Shown here in pieces: positions 1 to 10,023 of a stretch of 64,000 nt of DNA. Under the pieces are notes generated by a model. It searched no databases, had not been told where the DNA came from, and saw nothing but the letters and a program-made list of their open reading frames with translations. Where the stretch lies: positions 175,926 to 239,925 of the forward strand of contig JACPSK010000001.1 in NCBI GenBank assembly GCA_016193335.1, read 5' to 3'. A program made the translations under genes and the position numbers. The stretch is from Candidatus Magasanikiibacteriota bacterium (GTDB taxonomy: Bacteria; Patescibacteriota; Patescibacteriia; Magasanikbacterales; UBA922). Position 1 is the stretch's first letter; every line of letters starts with the position of its first letter.

Positions 1-1132
1 CCTCTGAAAAAGAAGGGCCCAGGTATGCGCCCCGCATCATGTCTCTGCCCTCTGGCGTCCGATCATTCAAAAAATGTTTGTGCCACAAAGCCAAAGCGGC
101 GCCCAAAGCTCCACCAGCATCTCCGGCCGCAGGCTGAATCCATATATCTTTGAAAGGCGACTCGCGCAGCACGCGGCCATTGGCCACGCAATTGAGAGCC
201 ACGCCTCCGGCCAGACACAAATATTCAGCGCCCAGCTCTTTATAAAGCGTGTTTGCAAGACGCAAGATTATCATTTCGGTTAACTTCTGGATAGAAGCGG
301 CAATATCCATTTCTCGCTGTGTCAACGCCGCTTCAGGAACCCGTGGCAGAGCGCCAAATAATGCGTGAAATTTATCATTTGTCATGGTTAATCCGACGGG
401 ATAATTGAAATAATCCATGTTCAAACGAAAAGTGCCGTCTGTCTTCACATCAATGAGCTTATCCAATATAAGCTCAAGGTACCTCGGTTCGCCGTATGGC
501 GCCAAACCCATGAGTTTATATTCTCCGGAATTAACTTTGAAACCCGTATAATACGTAAAAGCTGAGTACAAAAGACCCAAAGAATGAGGGAAATCTATTC
601 CCCATTTCAACTCAAGATTCTTGCCGTCTCCAAACCAAACACTGGTTGAAGCCCATTCTCCAACGCCGTCCAAACACAAGACAGCCGCGCTCTGAAACGG
701 ACTCGGATAAAATGCCGAGGCCGCGTGGGATTCATGGTGTGTCGAAAAAAAAATTTCCGGCAACTGTTTCTCTTTAATAGAGCCGACCTTAGATAATTCT
801 TTTTTTAAGAAGCTCTTCAAAAATAATTTTTCTTTGAGCCAGACAGGCATTGATGCTACAAAAGATTTTAAGCCGCGCGGCGCATAGCTCAAATATGTTT
901 CAAGTAAGCGTTCAAATTTCAACAAAGGTTTATCATAAAAAACAATCCCGTTCAAATCTTTAATTCCAATTCCCGCTTCTTTCAAGCAGTAGCGAAGAGC
1001 CTTGGCTGGGAAACCAGGGTCATGTTTTTTGCGCGTAAATCTCTCTTCCTGAGCGGCGGCTATGATTTTCCCGTCCTGTATAAGAGCCGCCGCGCTGTCG
1101 TGATAAAAGGCGGATATGCCTAGAATATACAT
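1..1132 (-). CDS. Carbamoyltransferase (NodU/CmcH family), partial: the start codon is at 1132 and the gene runs off the window edge
   Basis: The minus-strand translation from the ATG at 1130-1132 gives MYILGISAFYHDSAAALIQDGKIIAAAQEERFTRKKHDPGFP..., the hallmark N-terminus of NodU/CmcH-type O-carbamoyltransferases. The frame stays open to position 1. The ORF is absent from the track because it has no in-window stop. Confidence 0.75.
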   Translation of the reverse strand, partial: MYILGISAFYHDSAAALIQDGKIIAAAQEERFTRKKHDPGFPAKALRYCLKEAGIGIKDLNGIVFYDKPLLKFERLLETYLSYAPRGLKSFVASMPVWLKEKLFLKSFLKKELSKVGSIKEKQLPEIFFSTHHESHAASAFYPSPFQSAAVLCLDGVGEWASTSVWFGDGKNLELKWGIDFPHSLGLLYSAFTYYTGFKVNSGEYKLMGLAPYGEPRYLELILDKLIDVKTDGTFRLNMDYFNYPVGLTMTNDKFHALFGALPRVPEAALTQREMDIAASIQKLTEMIILRLANTLYKELGAEYLCLAGGVALNCVANGRVLRESPFKDIWIQPAAGDAGGALGAALALWHKHFLNDRTPEGRDMMRGAYLGPSFSE

Positions 1133-1275
1133 AATCCTAAAAACTATTTATTCGAAATCGACATAAAATACAGATAAGCTATAACGCGAGCGAGCATTTG
1201 TCAAAGTATGTCATTTACTCCGCCCGTCCCTTAAGGTAGAATACTCGCTGTCACACGAAGGGGTACCAACCAAAC

Positions 1276-2634
1276 ATGAAATCAAAATCGGAAAAATTCT
1301 CGGATTCAATATACACCGCAATAGGACTTGGGTCTATAGCTCTTTCGGCTTACACCGTATACGCAAGCTTTGTTTTTCACATAGAGAAAACAAGCGCGGA
1401 TTACGCGCTACCCTTTATAGGAATTCTGGCCTATTTTTTTTCTTTACGCATGAATAAAGAAAAAAAACTGAATATGATCCTCTTCTTCATCGCCATAGCT
1501 TTGTCTCTCTACATAGTGGAATTTTTACTTTTATTCCTTTCCACTGAAAATAAAAAAATCGAGAACACTATTATCAAAAAAATGAGATACTCGGTGGTTG
1601 AAGAGTACCGAACAAAAGGAGTTGACGCATTCCCCATGGCTTCTGCATCTGACCTAAATGGAAAACCAGATCCGAACACTGGACCATTTACCTTAGGACA
1701 CATATCGGATGCTTTGCTGGTCTCATGCAATGAAACCGGAGAATGGTCCGTATACCATACAGACGAACATGGATATCATAATCCTCTCGGTTCTCATAAT
1801 CCTGATCTTCAACTTGTCCTTTTGGGCGACTCATTCGTGGAAGGAGAATGCGTGCAAGAAAAAGAAGATGTAACTTCATTGCTGAGAGAAAAAGGCTACA
1901 GCGCGCTTAACCTTGGTTTTGGAGGTAATGGTCCGCTTCTAGAACTTGCCAGCCTTATAGAATATGCAAAACCATTAAAACCAAAAAGGGTGCTGTGGTT
2001 TTTCTATGAAGGCAATGACCTCTCTGACCTCAAAAATGAAATGTTATACCCGATGATAAAAAACTATTTTGATACGAGAGAATATTCTCAAAACCTAAAC
2101 AAACGGCAAGAAGAGATAGACGAAAAAATCAAAGCCAAAATTCAAAAAATAGAAACGGCAGAACAAGAGAGAGAGAAAAAGAATGCCGGTAATTCCTTTC
2201 CAGACACTCTGAGTTTAATGCGGATCCGGGTGCTTGTTTATCAAAATCTGGCAAAAATAAAAAAACTCAGCCGACAAGATGAAGAAAAGAAAGAACTGCA
2301 AGAGACGATCAACACCTTTAATCAAATACTCGAGCGAGCCAATACGGAAGTACGTTCTTGGGGTGGAACCTTATATTTCATATATCTGCCTTCAACTATA
2401 AGGTACACAGACAGTACCAAGTACGATAATGATGGCTATCGTCCGGACATACTCTCAACCGCAGAAAAATTGGGTATAGCGAGCATTGACTTCCACCAGG
2501 TTTTTAGTAAACACAAAGATTCATTTTCCCTTTATTTTCCTTTTTATCGGAGAAAAATAGAATCCCATTACACGGCAGAAGGATACAAATTGATAGCTGA
2601 CACTATCACGGAATATCTAAAAAATGAAGACTAA
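1276..2634 (+). CDS. Membrane-anchored SGNH/GDSL-like hydrolase or acyl-transfer accessory protein (AlgX/AlgJ/DltD-like architecture)
   Basis: Three N-terminal TM helices, then a soluble domain carrying SGNH blocks: LLGDSFVEG (GDS block), GFGGNG (G/N block), YEGNDL (GxND) and ESHYTAEG (His block). A coiled-coil insert is present. The gene is divergent from the carbamoyltransferase. Confidence 0.5.
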   Translation: MKSKSEKFSDSIYTAIGLGSIALSAYTVYASFVFHIEKTSADYALPFIGILAYFFSLRMNKEKKLNMILFFIAIALSLYIVEFLLLFLSTENKKIENTIIKKMRYSVVEEYRTKGVDAFPMASASDLNGKPDPNTGPFTLGHISDALLVSCNETGEWSVYHTDEHGYHNPLGSHNPDLQLVLLGDSFVEGECVQEKEDVTSLLREKGYSALNLGFGGNGPLLELASLIEYAKPLKPKRVLWFFYEGNDLSDLKNEMLYPMIKNYFDTREYSQNLNKRQEEIDEKIKAKIQKIETAEQEREKKNAGNSFPDTLSLMRIRVLVYQNLAKIKKLSRQDEEKKELQETINTFNQILERANTEVRSWGGTLYFIYLPSTIRYTDSTKYDNDGYRPDILSTAEKLGIASIDFHQVFSKHKDSFSLYFPFYRRKIESHYTAEGYKLIADTITEYLKNED

Positions 2635-2677
2635 AGACTCTGTGTATATCTGAGCTGGATTTTGTAAGCGATCTCTC

Positions 2678-3679
2678 TCATTTTTTGGGATTCTTCTTAT
2701 ACCATTCATAGGTTCTCAACAATCCGTCTTCCAAAGAAACTTTTGGCTTCCAATCCACCAAAAACTGGAGTTTGCTCACATCGCCAAGACGCCGAGCCAC
2801 ACTCCCTTCTACCGAGTTTTTTACCTCCACGCTCTTGGGCCGCCAGCCGGTGACATTAAACATTTTTTCCAAAAGATCGCCCATAGAGATTTCTTGAAAA
2901 TCTCCGATATGCACCGTCTCTATGGGCAGAGTATCGGTTTTCTCCGAATCCATAAGCAAACCCATGGCTCGGACCGCGTCATCTATAAAACAAAAGGTCC
3001 TGGTGTCAGTACTCCCAAAAATGGCGAAAGGATCACTGCGCTCTGCGATGCGAAGAGAAAATTGGGGAATCACATGACTATATCCCGCCCGAGGTCCGTA
3101 AAAATTATGCGGGCGAACGATAAGAGCGCGCAGTTTATATTGTTCGGCATAGTGAATCATAAATTGCTCCCCGATCAGCTTGGTACCCGCGTAAGTCCAG
3201 CGCGGATTATAGGTGTCCTCAATTACAAGAGGAACTGCTTCCGGAGTCGGGATCGGTAGTTGATTAAAAGCCGCCAAAGCACCTGCGTAAGCTTCATTGG
3301 ATGAGGTAAACAAAAATTTTCCTTCTTTGTTTTCCCTGCGAAACCATTCGAGCATGTAAATCAATGATAAAGTATTGATGCGCAATACTTCGTGAGGAAT
3401 TTCATAAAAAAGATTGGTGCCGTTTACGGCCGCCAGATGATACACGTGGTCATATCCGTTTCCGAGCTCTTTATAAACGGCTTGATCGGTGAGATCCAGC
3501 TGTAAAAATCGCATTCTTGGATCAGCGAGCAATTCGTGCATGTCCGCGTCAAGACGACCGCGCTGGAGATTGTCTACTAAAGTAAGACGAAGATCCGGCC
3601 CACCGGCCTCAAGCAAATATCTGCTTAAATGATAACCTATAAAACCCGCCCCTCCGGTAATAAGTATGTTTCGCGCCAT
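2678..3679 (-). CDS. NAD-dependent epimerase/dehydratase (extended SDR)
   Basis: N-terminal [11 protein letters not shown] Rossmann motif and a length of 333 aa typical of nucleotide-sugar epimerases/reductases. Confidence 0.8.
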   Translation of the reverse strand: MARNILITGGAGFIGYHLSRYLLEAGGPDLRLTLVDNLQRGRLDADMHELLADPRMRFLQLDLTDQAVYKELGNGYDHVYHLAAVNGTNLFYEIPHEVLRINTLSLIYMLEWFRRENKEGKFLFTSSNEAYAGALAAFNQLPIPTPEAVPLVIEDTYNPRWTYAGTKLIGEQFMIHYAEQYKLRALIVRPHNFYGPRAGYSHVIPQFSLRIAERSDPFAIFGSTDTRTFCFIDDAVRAMGLLMDSEKTDTLPIETVHIGDFQEISMGDLLEKMFNVTGWRPKSVEVKNSVEGSVARRLGDVSKLQFLVDWKPKVSLEDGLLRTYEWYKKNPKK

Positions 3680-3700
3680 AAGATATTATTCTGATTAGAG

Positions 3701-3726
3701 CCCCAGCTCAAAAATAATTTTGAGCC
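3701..3726. promoter_or_regulatory. 26-bp palindromic intergenic motif CCCCAGCTCAAAAATAATTTTGAGCC, copy 1 of 2
   Basis: A near-identical copy lies at 14248..14273. The core CTCAAAA-ATAA-TTTTGAG is an inverted repeat. The motif lies 22 bp upstream of the start of the 2678..3679 gene. Confidence 0.3.
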
Positions 3727-3858
3727 AGTTTCAAAGCAGTTTTGAGCGAAAAAAGTGAAGATTGAGAGAGTCATACTGGTAGTATGAAGATGAAAGCTGA
3801 ACTTTTTGGAGCCAAAACTGGTTGAAAATGGGCCATGAATTATTTGTGAGATGGGACT

Positions 3859-5709
3859 CTAGTTAATGCGATACAAAGACAGGTTAACAGATTCAGCAAT
3901 CAATTTCAAATCGGGAATGAATGAAAGATCCCAATCCGGACTCTGGGTCTTATCCCACAAGATGTAACGAACTTTGTGTTTTTTCAAAAGGTCATTAAAG
4001 CCCTTATTCTCATAAACAGTACTATAATCTTCTACAAATTCCTGAACGATTTTGTTTCTCCTCAGCAAGGCTTCAGAATCTCTCTTAGCCAAGAGATGAA
4101 TATAAGTACCCGAATCTTCATAACCCGAAAAATAAGCCTCTATAGAGGAAAAAAGCCTTGACGCGATATCAGCTTGGAGAGGGAGATAAAATCCGGCTTC
4201 GGAAATCCGTTCATCTTTGGACGAAAAGCCTTGCTCAAAAAATCCGAGAGGATTGTCTCTGATTTTTTTATTCAGATACATATAAACATGCAAAGCATCA
4301 CGCATATAGGTGATGGGCGTGTGGAACACCAAAGCATTACCCCAGAATAAATCATGTTTAGTATATATGCTAAGACCGTGGCCCAAGAATTGGTCTGAAA
4401 CCAAAACCACGCCGGGCTCGGGGTCTTGATCCAATATTTCAAAAATCGGCCCGTACTGTTGGGCGTAGGATTTTATGGACAGAGTGCTTTTGGCCGCCGC
4501 TATTTGGTCTCTTGTCAAAACAGAAAAAACCAAAACGAAAACCAAGCAGGCCCCGATCCCTAGCCAGGATTTACGAGAATAAAAATTGAGGAATTCCGAG
4601 ACACAATAAAAAACCGTTATAATGCCAAGCGGCACGATAAAATACCAAAAATAATGCAACGGCTGAACAGAGCGACCGCTGAAGAGCTGTTGATTCATGG
4701 CTACCCAACCTGCCGCTGAAGCGGCCAACAACAAAATGGCATCTTGGTTTATGACCTGTTTCTTTCTTTTTTGTAAAAAAACCACTATGATAAGCAATAA
4801 GATACTCCCCAGCGTTATTTTACTCAGATTCCAAAAAGACCTTCCTTTTTGGACCCCCATAAAAAAAGCTATCTGAGAACCGATAACGCTTGAAAGCAAA
4901 TAAAAACTCTGCCAGATTCGAGGCAGAGCAAGCAAAAGCGCCAATAAGCCGGAAAAAAACAAACCTGCCAAACGATTCCAATCTTTCGACGCGATATACC
5001 AAAGAGCGAGCAAAGCGCCGATCGCGAAAGCATAGGTCCAGGCGTAAAAATACACATAAAATAAAAGCCCTAAAATAAGTCCTAAGAGAACCCAATCCTT
5101 TAAGCGCCTATCCCAGATGGCTTTTTTTAATCTCAGAAAAAACCAAAAAAACATGATTGACCCTGCGAGAGGCATGATCGGACGTCCGTACACATTAAAT
5201 AATGAACTGAACGGGGAAGCCTGTATGGGAGCTTGGAGAAGCATGTTGTAGCCCCCAATTGCCATAAAGGCCGCGGCCAAGCTCCATATTCGGTGTCCTG
5301 TCATCGCGCTTACCAGATTCGACAGAATCCAAAAGAAAACAATAACGCCTATAAAACTAAGCCCTGTGTAATAAACGCTTATATCAACACGATCTGATAA
5401 ACCAAAAAAACGCAGGGGCCGAACAAGAACATACTCCACAAAGACACCGTGAGGATCGGGATTATCTTTGCCTACAGCCAGAGCGTAATTGCCGTTTCGA
5501 TGCCCCTCGAGTATCTCTTTTCCTTTTGAATAATAGCCCACGTCGTCTTCTCCATAATTGCCGAAATTCACCCCACGGTAAGATTCAGTAGCGACAAAAG
5601 GGAAACTGAGTTGTGGAAGTATAATCAAAAAGCCGAGTACGGCTCCCAAAAAAAGCGGGGCCGCGCTTTGTGTCGCATGTTTTTTTATACGCTCAATACA
5701 GGCAGGCAT
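3859..5709 (-). CDS. Polytopic membrane protein, putative GT-C-type (ArnT/PMT_2-like) glycosyltransferase; paralog of 10770..12560
   Basis: About 12 predicted TM helices, an ED..Y......EIL motif in the first loop (compare ArnT DEARYAEISREML) and a C-terminal soluble domain. The track ORF starts at 5892 and overlaps the upstream gene. An internal ATG at 5709 (MPACIERIKK...) removes the overlap. Confidence 0.5.
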   Translation of the reverse strand: MPACIERIKKHATQSAAPLFLGAVLGFLIILPQLSFPFVATESYRGVNFGNYGEDDVGYYSKGKEILEGHRNGNYALAVGKDNPDPHGVFVEYVLVRPLRFFGLSDRVDISVYYTGLSFIGVIVFFWILSNLVSAMTGHRIWSLAAAFMAIGGYNMLLQAPIQASPFSSLFNVYGRPIMPLAGSIMFFWFFLRLKKAIWDRRLKDWVLLGLILGLLFYVYFYAWTYAFAIGALLALWYIASKDWNRLAGLFFSGLLALLLALPRIWQSFYLLSSVIGSQIAFFMGVQKGRSFWNLSKITLGSILLLIIVVFLQKRKKQVINQDAILLLAASAAGWVAMNQQLFSGRSVQPLHYFWYFIVPLGIITVFYCVSEFLNFYSRKSWLGIGACLVFVLVFSVLTRDQIAAAKSTLSIKSYAQQYGPIFEILDQDPEPGVVLVSDQFLGHGLSIYTKHDLFWGNALVFHTPITYMRDALHVYMYLNKKIRDNPLGFFEQGFSSKDERISEAGFYLPLQADIASRLFSSIEAYFSGYEDSGTYIHLLAKRDSEALLRRNKIVQEFVEDYSTVYENKGFNDLLKKHKVRYILWDKTQSPDWDLSFIPDLKLIAESVNLSLYRIN

Positions 5710-5728
5710 AGACGCGTACCGACGGTAT

Positions 5729-6979
5729 TTAGGATTCAAGGTTTGATGGAAACAAAAATCCTCTGCCCCAGGCATTCCAGAGGTCAACATATATTTTCCC
5801 CGGATAAGCCTCGAAAGAAATATCCATGTACATGCGGTGAGGAGTTGACAACAAGATAATGTCAGAACGGGATAACACTTCTTCAAGTTCAAAAAATTCA
5901 GAACTCTTTATATAAGGATCATGGCATAAGACTTCTTGGGCCTCTGTATTCGCCACTTTTCTCAGTTTAAAAGATAGGCTGTCTCGCTGATCATCGCTTT
6001 CCGGTTTGAAAGCCATTCCAAGAATGCCTATGGTTTTATGCTTCAGATCAGGATACTGCTCTTTTATTTTTTGCATGACAAAACCGGGCAGACCTTCGTT
6101 CACCAGCATGGCCGCGTGCCCGAGCAAAAAATGGTTATTGTTGAAAGCCGCGAGTTGCATCGTGTCTTTTAGAAGACAAGGGCCCGCGGCAAAGCCCGGC
6201 TTGGGCAAATCCTTCATGCGTGAATAATCTTCAGTCATGGCTTTGAAAATAGAATGGTAATCCAGATTGTATTCAGACGCGATCATGAAGAATTGATTCG
6301 CAACCGCGAATGAAATATAACGCCAGGCATTGCAAAATAATTTGGAAAGCTCGGCCTCAATCGGTTTCACCGGCACAATGGCTCTTTCGGTGAGCTTCTG
6401 AAAAAGTTCTTTGACTCTTTCCAAGGTTTTTTCATCAAAGGCTGAAATAATCTGCGGAAGTCTCTTCATTTCTTCGAAAGCCTTGCCTTCCACAATACGC
6501 TCGGGACAAAAGGCGACTTTTACGTCCTTGCCATTTTTTTCAAAAAAACGCTGAACCCGCTCAGAGGTCCCCGGATACACGGTACTTCTCAAAATAAATA
6601 TCTGACCATCCCGAAAATGTTCCAGGTAATCGTTGACCGTGCGGATAATCCCGAGAAAATTGGGATTCAGATATTCGTCTATCGGCGTGCCGATCACGGT
6701 TATGATAATGGAGCTTTGGCTGATTACCGAAGGATCACTAGCCCCAAACAAAGTCCCGCGAGAAAGAGCTTCTTTCAATGTTTCTGTCCCCTTGTCTTCC
6801 TTAAACGGGAAAACACCGGACATGATCGTATCCAAATTTTTTTTATTAATATCCAACAAAACAGTCTTCAGGCCCGAACGCGCGAGAGCCACGCCAAGAG
6901 GCAAACCAATATGTCCCCCGCCTCCTATAATACAGACATCATACTTAGATGATTGATCCTTAGAATTCAAAACATTCAT
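5729..6979 (-). CDS. Nucleotide-sugar dehydrogenase (UDP-glucose/GDP-mannose dehydrogenase family)
   Basis: N-terminal CIIGGGGHIGLPLGVALA Rossmann motif and a C-terminal FKPESDDQRDS motif typical of UDP-glucose 6-dehydrogenases. Confidence 0.8.
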   Translation of the reverse strand: MNVLNSKDQSSKYDVCIIGGGGHIGLPLGVALARSGLKTVLLDINKKNLDTIMSGVFPFKEDKGTETLKEALSRGTLFGASDPSVISQSSIIITVIGTPIDEYLNPNFLGIIRTVNDYLEHFRDGQIFILRSTVYPGTSERVQRFFEKNGKDVKVAFCPERIVEGKAFEEMKRLPQIISAFDEKTLERVKELFQKLTERAIVPVKPIEAELSKLFCNAWRYISFAVANQFFMIASEYNLDYHSIFKAMTEDYSRMKDLPKPGFAAGPCLLKDTMQLAAFNNNHFLLGHAAMLVNEGLPGFVMQKIKEQYPDLKHKTIGILGMAFKPESDDQRDSLSFKLRKVANTEAQEVLCHDPYIKSSEFFELEEVLSRSDIILLSTPHRMYMDISFEAYPGKIYVDLWNAWGRGFLFPSNLES

Positions 6980-7043
6980 ATAATGTTAATTATCATAAGA
7001 TACGGCAAGTCTATCACAAAGCAAACAAATTACAAGGACCGTG

Positions 7044-8147
7044 CTAACCTGAAATGATCTCTTTAACAAGCGCGCGAGCCGTACTTACGGCAGTAATGAT
7101 TTTACCTTCAAATACAGACCAGCAGCCACGCCCGTGGTTTGTTATGGCGGTCAGACGCTGATCTGTTTTTTCAGTTTGCGGCTCTATGGCGAGAACAGCT
7201 CGCATGGATTTTATCAATTCGGCCCGGGCTGTAATAGGAATAAAGTAGGGATCATGAATTTTCATTTCTGTAAAACAAGATTTCGGAGTTCGTATTTCTT
7301 CCGAGGTCCACGGTATTCCCTCTTTTGAAATTTTAGTCTCATGAATAGAGCGAGGCACATCGCCCCAGGTAAATATTCCGGGTTCAGCTGTCGCCACCAA
7401 AGTGACAAAAGGCCCGTCCATTACGGTCACGGCGGTCCGCTCTTTAATTGGCAATTTCACCAGTAGAAACTCTTTGAGCCTGTATTCTATCTCCCTTTCC
7501 CCAAAACCAAACCAGCGGTAAAACAAGTTATTGTTTCCATACATCGCGTTCACCACATAATCAAACTCCAAACTTTCTATTGAAGAACCGCGCTCGATAT
7601 CCAATATCTTGGCCTGACTCTGTTCAGGAATTCTTCCGCCAACGACACGTGATCCAAGATTAACCTGTATCTCGGAAGTCTCGTTGAGAGTTTCTTTCGC
7701 GATTCGCTTCAGTCTGGCATAATCGTAAATCGGTTCAGGTGTCCGAACACATATCGAAACAGCATCAGGATTTAACAAAGAAAGATCCGGATATTCTTCT
7801 CTGTAAGGAAGACTATGCCGTTCGCAAAAATTCAAAAAATCCTCAGGAGACACTTTTGACCCTTCTTTCGCTATTGCGTAGTAAGCCGGGAACCCCTCAA
7901 TGATCGCGTCTCCCCACAAAGATCGAAAGTCCGCATCAGCGGCGATACATTGTTGAACGGTCTCATCGCTTCTCGGATAATGATACCCAAAATGATGCCT
8001 GTACTGATTCAAAAAAGTGCCCTCCCGCATGATATCATCATGTTGTTCAAACAAAAAAATGCGCAGGTCGGTTTTTGAAGCCAACTCGAGAGCGCAACTT
8101 ACTCCAAATATTCCTGCGCCGATAATCGCTACTGAAGGCCGTTTCAT
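7044..8147 (-). CDS. FAD-dependent oxidoreductase (DAO-type Rossmann)
   Basis: N-terminal VAIIGAGIFGVSCALELA dinucleotide-binding motif. Substrate unknown. Confidence 0.6.
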   Translation of the reverse strand: MKRPSVAIIGAGIFGVSCALELASKTDLRIFLFEQHDDIMREGTFLNQYRHHFGYHYPRSDETVQQCIAADADFRSLWGDAIIEGFPAYYAIAKEGSKVSPEDFLNFCERHSLPYREEYPDLSLLNPDAVSICVRTPEPIYDYARLKRIAKETLNETSEIQVNLGSRVVGGRIPEQSQAKILDIERGSSIESLEFDYVVNAMYGNNNLFYRWFGFGEREIEYRLKEFLLVKLPIKERTAVTVMDGPFVTLVATAEPGIFTWGDVPRSIHETKISKEGIPWTSEEIRTPKSCFTEMKIHDPYFIPITARAELIKSMRAVLAIEPQTEKTDQRLTAITNHGRGCWSVFEGKIITAVSTARALVKEIISG

Positions 8148-9112
8148 ATCTCCTGATACCGAACAGGCTTGCCGCTCAACAATGATCGTTCAGCCTGCGC
8201 GGCGATATGCACAATTCTGGCGCCAAGCAAGGCATCCGGGTAGCCTGAATGCGGGTCTTTGAGCGCTGAGAGAAAAAAGTTCAATTCATTCAAGAGCGGC
8301 GTCTTTGGCTTGGTCATCTTTATTATTCTCTTCTTTTTTTGCTCAAAAATGCTGATCTTTTGAGCAAGCAAATCAATTGACAGCTTTTTATCCGGAAAAT
8401 AGAGTTCGAGGCGTCTTGTTTTAGGCAGAGCATTCCACTGCAAATGTATCTCTCCCATTAAATCAGGCCCATAATTCATCAAGATGCTGACCGTGTCATG
8501 AGATGTGCTGTCTTCCCTCAATTTCATACCCATGCTGTACAGATTCCGAGGCTGACGTTCAAAGAGATAATCAAATATATCGAAACCATGCAGGTCAGAA
8601 TACAATATGCCGCAATCATCAGGCAATACATCGGGCTTATCGCTCATGATGCAAACCGCAAGAAAAGGCCTTGTCGCGCTTTTATCGAGATACTGTTTCA
8701 AAGTTTTCAGACAAGTGTTGAACCGATAAATATGCCCGGCGAAGAGGACGCGTTTATAACGCTTTGCCAGCTGATCCAATTGTAAAGCCTCTTTGACCGA
8801 CAAAGCGATGGGTTTTTCCAAAAAAACATTGGTATAAGGCAAACAGCGTTTTGCGAGCTGGAAATGAGTACTCGGCGGCGTGGAGATGTCCACCGCGTCA
8901 AGAGAAGACAGAAGTCCTTTGGAACATTCAGAAAAATAGTCTAAACCTTCTCGACGGGCCATGGTCCTGCTTCTTTTAGAAACTCCTAAAATTCCAACGA
9001 GATCAATCAGACCTTCTTTAGCCAAAATCTTCCAATCAGATAAATGATGTCGGCCAAAATGCCCGACGCCGGCAAGCAAAATTTTGGGTTTATTTGTTTT
9101 TGATAACTTCAT
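8144..9112 (-). CDS. Gfo/Idh/MocA-family NAD(P)-dependent oxidoreductase
   Basis: KILLAGVGHFGRHH Rossmann motif plus the EKP motif (FLEKPIA). There is a 4-bp overlap with the upstream gene. Confidence 0.7.
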   Translation of the reverse strand: MKLSKTNKPKILLAGVGHFGRHHLSDWKILAKEGLIDLVGILGVSKRSRTMARREGLDYFSECSKGLLSSLDAVDISTPPSTHFQLAKRCLPYTNVFLEKPIALSVKEALQLDQLAKRYKRVLFAGHIYRFNTCLKTLKQYLDKSATRPFLAVCIMSDKPDVLPDDCGILYSDLHGFDIFDYLFERQPRNLYSMGMKLREDSTSHDTVSILMNYGPDLMGEIHLQWNALPKTRRLELYFPDKKLSIDLLAQKISIFEQKKKRIIKMTKPKTPLLNELNFFLSALKDPHSGYPDALLGARIVHIAAQAERSLLSGKPVRYQEI

Positions 9113-10016
9113 AAATCATGTACTGACTGTGATCTTTTTGCTCATAATAAATCCTGAGAAGAATTTCTGTAACCAGGCCGAGCATAAAAAGAAGCACGGA
9201 CAAAATCACAAACATGGTGCCTATAAGAGGGAGCGGCGTTACGGTAAGATCTTTTATACCCATTATCTTAAGAGCCAGAGCCGCGGCAAAAGAAAACAAT
9301 CCCAAAACAAAAGAACCTAAGGCAGAGACACCAAAAAAACGAAGTGGTTTAGCAAAATAACCCAGCAAAAATTTCACGCTCAAAAGATCAAAAAAAACAA
9401 AAATCATCTCAGAAATTTTATGTTTGGATTCGCCGGTTTTTCGAGGAAAGTGTGAAACCGGCACTTCAACAACGTTTGCTCCTCTATGATGAGCGAAAAT
9501 CGGCATAAAAATAAAAGTCTCGCCAAGCAATTGCACCCCATCCACAAATTCACGACGATAACCTTTCAATGAACAGCTGAAATCATGAAGAGGAATATCC
9601 GTCATCCTGCGCACCAGCCAATTCGCGAGCCGCGAAAAAACTCTTCGGGAAAAGGAATCTTTCCGATCACGGCGCCTCCCCACCACGGCTCCATAGCCTT
9701 CACGCAATTTCTCGTAGAGCAAAAGAATATCCTCAGGCGCCTGCTGTAAGTCGCTGTCCATGGTTATGATATAGTCTCCTATGGCCACTTGAAATCCGGC
9801 GTCCACGGCCGCGTTTTGTCCGAAATTTTTTGAAAAAAGGACCAAAGTGGCTGGAGACAAAACGGACAAAATCTCTCGAGAACCGTCTGTAGAACCATCA
9901 TCCACAAAGACAATTTCAAAAGCTTCGCCTGTTTTTTCCAAAGTATTAACTAAACGCTCGTGTAATTCTTTTAAAGAATTTTTTTCATTGTACACAGGAA
10001 TGAGTACGGAAATCAT
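9090..10016 (-). CDS. GT2 polyprenyl-phosphate glycosyltransferase (DPM1/GtrB/ArnC-like), copy 1
   Basis: VLIPVYNE...VDDGSTDGS...MDSDLQ motifs and two C-terminal TM helices typical of lipid-carrier monosaccharide synthases. It is a paralog of 20711..21643. Confidence 0.75.
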   Translation of the reverse strand: MISVLIPVYNEKNSLKELHERLVNTLEKTGEAFEIVFVDDGSTDGSREILSVLSPATLVLFSKNFGQNAAVDAGFQVAIGDYIITMDSDLQQAPEDILLLYEKLREGYGAVVGRRRDRKDSFSRRVFSRLANWLVRRMTDIPLHDFSCSLKGYRREFVDGVQLLGETFIFMPIFAHHRGANVVEVPVSHFPRKTGESKHKISEMIFVFFDLLSVKFLLGYFAKPLRFFGVSALGSFVLGLFSFAAALALKIMGIKDLTVTPLPLIGTMFVILSVLLFMLGLVTEILLRIYYEQKDHSQYMIYEVIKNK

Positions 10017-10023
10017 ATCATTT

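Noticed and set aside
4820-5095. Multiple 60-170-aa ORFs in the six-frame track that lie antisense or out of frame inside long, well-supported genes. Examples include 4820..5095, 16140..16502, 17179..17751, 22652..23152, 54548..55072, 55265..55981 and 57253..57759.
   Set aside because: They are shadow ORFs of GC-biased coding regions. They have no motifs or plausible starts and are fully embedded in genes with strong family signatures.
7044-8147. Interpreting the FAD-dependent oxidoreductase as UDP-galactopyranose mutase (Glf) or as a DprE1-like epimerase subunit.
   Set aside because: It lacks the Glf signature blocks and has a DAO-type Rossmann N-terminus rather than the VAO-type FAD domain of DprE1. 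It is kept as a generic FAD oxidoreductase.
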